Assembly (NCBI GenBank): GCA_043228905.1
Contig: JBHGNT010000016.1
Coordinates: 12,400,001-12,464,000 of the forward strand
Direction: 5' to 3'
DNA: 64,000 bases
Source: Azolla caroliniana
Taxonomy: Eukaryota > Plantae > Polypodiophyta
The notes beneath the pieces were generated by a model. It was given only the letters and a program-made list of their open reading frames with translations. It made no database searches and had not been told where the DNA came from. Positions 61,726-64,000 of this stretch are shown in pieces (position 1 is the first letter of the stretch; each line of letters begins with the position of its first letter). The translations under genes and the position numbers were made by a program.

Positions 61726-62699
61726 ATTTTTTTTTTTTTCAAATTTTATTGTTTCAAATTTTCAATGGGTTTTAGATTAGTTTTCTGACACAGGTATATA
61801 ATATAAAACTTACATCAATTTAGATTAATGTTATATTCTATTCTTCAGTTTGATGTTACCTGTGCAATTTCATTCTACTGTCATGTACTACTAAAACATA
61901 CGCCTTAAAGATTATCAGGAACTCTGTTGCATTAGAGAAGGACCTTGAGCAAGTTAATGTCATCAAAATGAGGATCCAAGGTATCTGGGGTTGTCCTGAT
62001 CAAGACCAAGAAGTTGGGGCAAAGCATATCAATAAAACTTAGATGTTCCAGATGACTTTTAGAAAACTTGTGGAACTATAGATGAAGACGCAGGGCAACT
62101 TGTTGAATTAGAAGACATTTCAGAATCTGAACATACTAACAATTCAACTTAGCGTACTGACGAAGCCAATGAGGACAATCCTGATGAAAGAGCTAATCCT
62201 GAGTAGACGGCTTTACCAGACTTATTATTCGATTGAATGGTTATGGCTTATTGTAAATTTTGAACAATATGAATTGTTAAATTTTGACGTAATATATAAG
62301 TTGAGCTTACTTATAATTTTCGTGTAACAATCATTGAACTTATAAATTAAGTATACTTGTATGTGTACATGTTATCTAAACTCTCCTTTATCATTTGGGG
62401 TATATCGGAGATAAGTTTATACTCTATCATTTACTCGTATGATTCGAATGTTATTGTAGACTAGTTTATTTATACATTGGCAGTGTCATGTATCACGTGT
62501 CAATGGAAATTTTCTCTTGACATAGTAGTATCTCTTAATTGCAAGGTTCACAATTTGCTTTAAGATGTATTATATTTAAATATACACACATAATTAGAAG
62601 AAGTCACTTATTCAATGGGGCATGCCTTTTAGAATATGCACAAGGACCCGTGTTACTATTATACTTGTGTTGACAAATACACCCCTGTCTAAGACTTGG

Positions 62700-64000
62700 A
62701 CAAAAACATGGTAGATAGAATATCCGTCGGATGATTTTGTTGACGTGATATTAGTTAGTTCTTTTTTTCGCTATGTTTTCATAAACCACATACACATGCA
62801 TCGTGCCTTGTTGAAATTCTGCTTAAATAAGGCATTTTTTAACATCTCACTAAGATATGAAAAAGAGAATGCGACATATTACCTGTTTCAAATGACCCAG
62901 TGTTTAAAGTAAAGGGAAGAAAACTAAAGTATACGCCATGTGGGACGCATGCAAGGGAAGGAGAAAAAAGAAGAAGAAGAAGAATCCGTGAATCAAGGGG
63001 GCTAATCACTTATAAACTCAGAATTATTTTTTTCGATAGGGGGAAGGAAGCTATCTCTCAAGAAAACCCTAATTTCCTAATCAAAGCCATACAACTCAAA
63101 AACCCTAATTTTTGAATTGAAGCTAAAAACCCTAATATTCTAATTAAATCCATATCTCATTTCTTCTAATCTATTACTCTAGCCATCTCCATTCGGAAAG
63201 TGTTTGTAGTCCCAATCTTGGGATTAATTGTAATCTTTCTTTCTACTTGTTAATGAAATTTGTTAATCTTTCTCATTTCGGTTAATTCTTAGTACATAAA
63301 TACACGAATTTGATATCCTCTAGTCAAAGGTTCAGGGGTCTTGCCTCAACGTTCACGTATCCTCGTCGTATTTTCACGACATCTTTGGTGAACCCGACGT
63401 GAAACGAGGCGGTAGGAGGATATCTCATGGAGGCATATAGATACAAAGAACCGAAGAGATGCAAACTATACGAGTTCGACCAATGGGTATCATCATTAAA
63501 GACCCACCAAAGTGCCATGCATGCTTTCGTTGAGTTCGAGTGTCACTTTGCACAACTCTCGGAGCGGGATCAAAGATTGGTGGGGGTGGAAAAAGTCTGA
63601 ATGTTTGTGAAGTCAATCGATCGGAAGGAAAGGAAGGCCATTGGAATTCGATTTGAGGATGATGATGGTGCAAATGGCCTCACCGAGGATTGGACGAAAG
63701 TGGAAAGAGTATGTCAACTGCATGATAAGAGGAAGACAAGATTCTCATCGGCAACAATACAACCCATGACGGATGGTGAAAGGGGGATGGGAAGTAACTA
63801 CAAACTACCACCTAAACAAGAAAACTCGAAGAGGGAAGGTTCAACAATACTCGACATAGAAGTTTTGATGGAAGAGGCATTCGAGAACTTAAAGGCGCAA
63901 GTTAAGGCTGAAGAGAAGCTTCAAAAGGAGCAAAAACAGAAGCAAATGATGAGCAAGGAAGAAGAGGCCTCCCAACAAATGCGGATTAATGTTACGGTTG
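62700..64000 (+). mobile_element. 5' part of D-related Gypsy K (LTR end, tRNA-Trp PBS, decayed gag)
   Basis: LTR ends CGACA at 63381; PBS TGGTGAACCCGACGTGAA at 63386-63403; FECHFAQLSERDQ...MFVKSIDRKERK...GLTEDW aligns with D gag; LTR start uncertain. Confidence 0.8.

Noticed and set aside
62638-62662. Helitron 3' end (hairpin plus CTAG-like)
   Set aside because: The hairpin is imperfect, CTATT replaces CTRR, and no 5' end was found.

Overview
This is a gene-free, repeat-saturated eukaryotic window. It most resembles heterochromatin of a non-seed plant such as a moss (Physcomitrium-like); this is inferred from the retroelement lineages only. Positions ~430-36900 form a six-deep nest of LTR retrotransposons, resolved by LTR pairs, PBS/PPT and target-site duplications: Tcn1-like Gypsy Z > Copia B > Gypsy D > Copia G > Copia H > a 573-bp TG..CA element with perfect 61-bp terminal inverted repeats. 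Copia A, Gypsy C and a solo LTR are side branches. The rest holds two LINE remnants (one interrupted by a near-intact chromoviral Gypsy, F), three more Bryco-like Copia pieces, a hAT-type MITE, an array of ~53-bp palindromes and the start of another D-like Gypsy (K). Letters are my own labels. The most notable observations are: (1) five LTRs from two different Gypsy lineages carry an antisense tRNA-derived A-box/B-box cassette with exact tRNA spacing near the U3 end; (2) family D inserts into CCGG with a 4-bp TSD and is primed by tRNA-Trp; (3) the long-TIR LTR-like insert; (4) a Tf1-type self-priming PBS in F; (5) a conserved extra ORF of unknown function; (6) a covarying 3' stem-loop shared by the two LINEs. 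No host gene, functional RNA gene or CRISPR array could be supported. All coordinates were counted by hand, and lineage names are motif-based, not database-confirmed.
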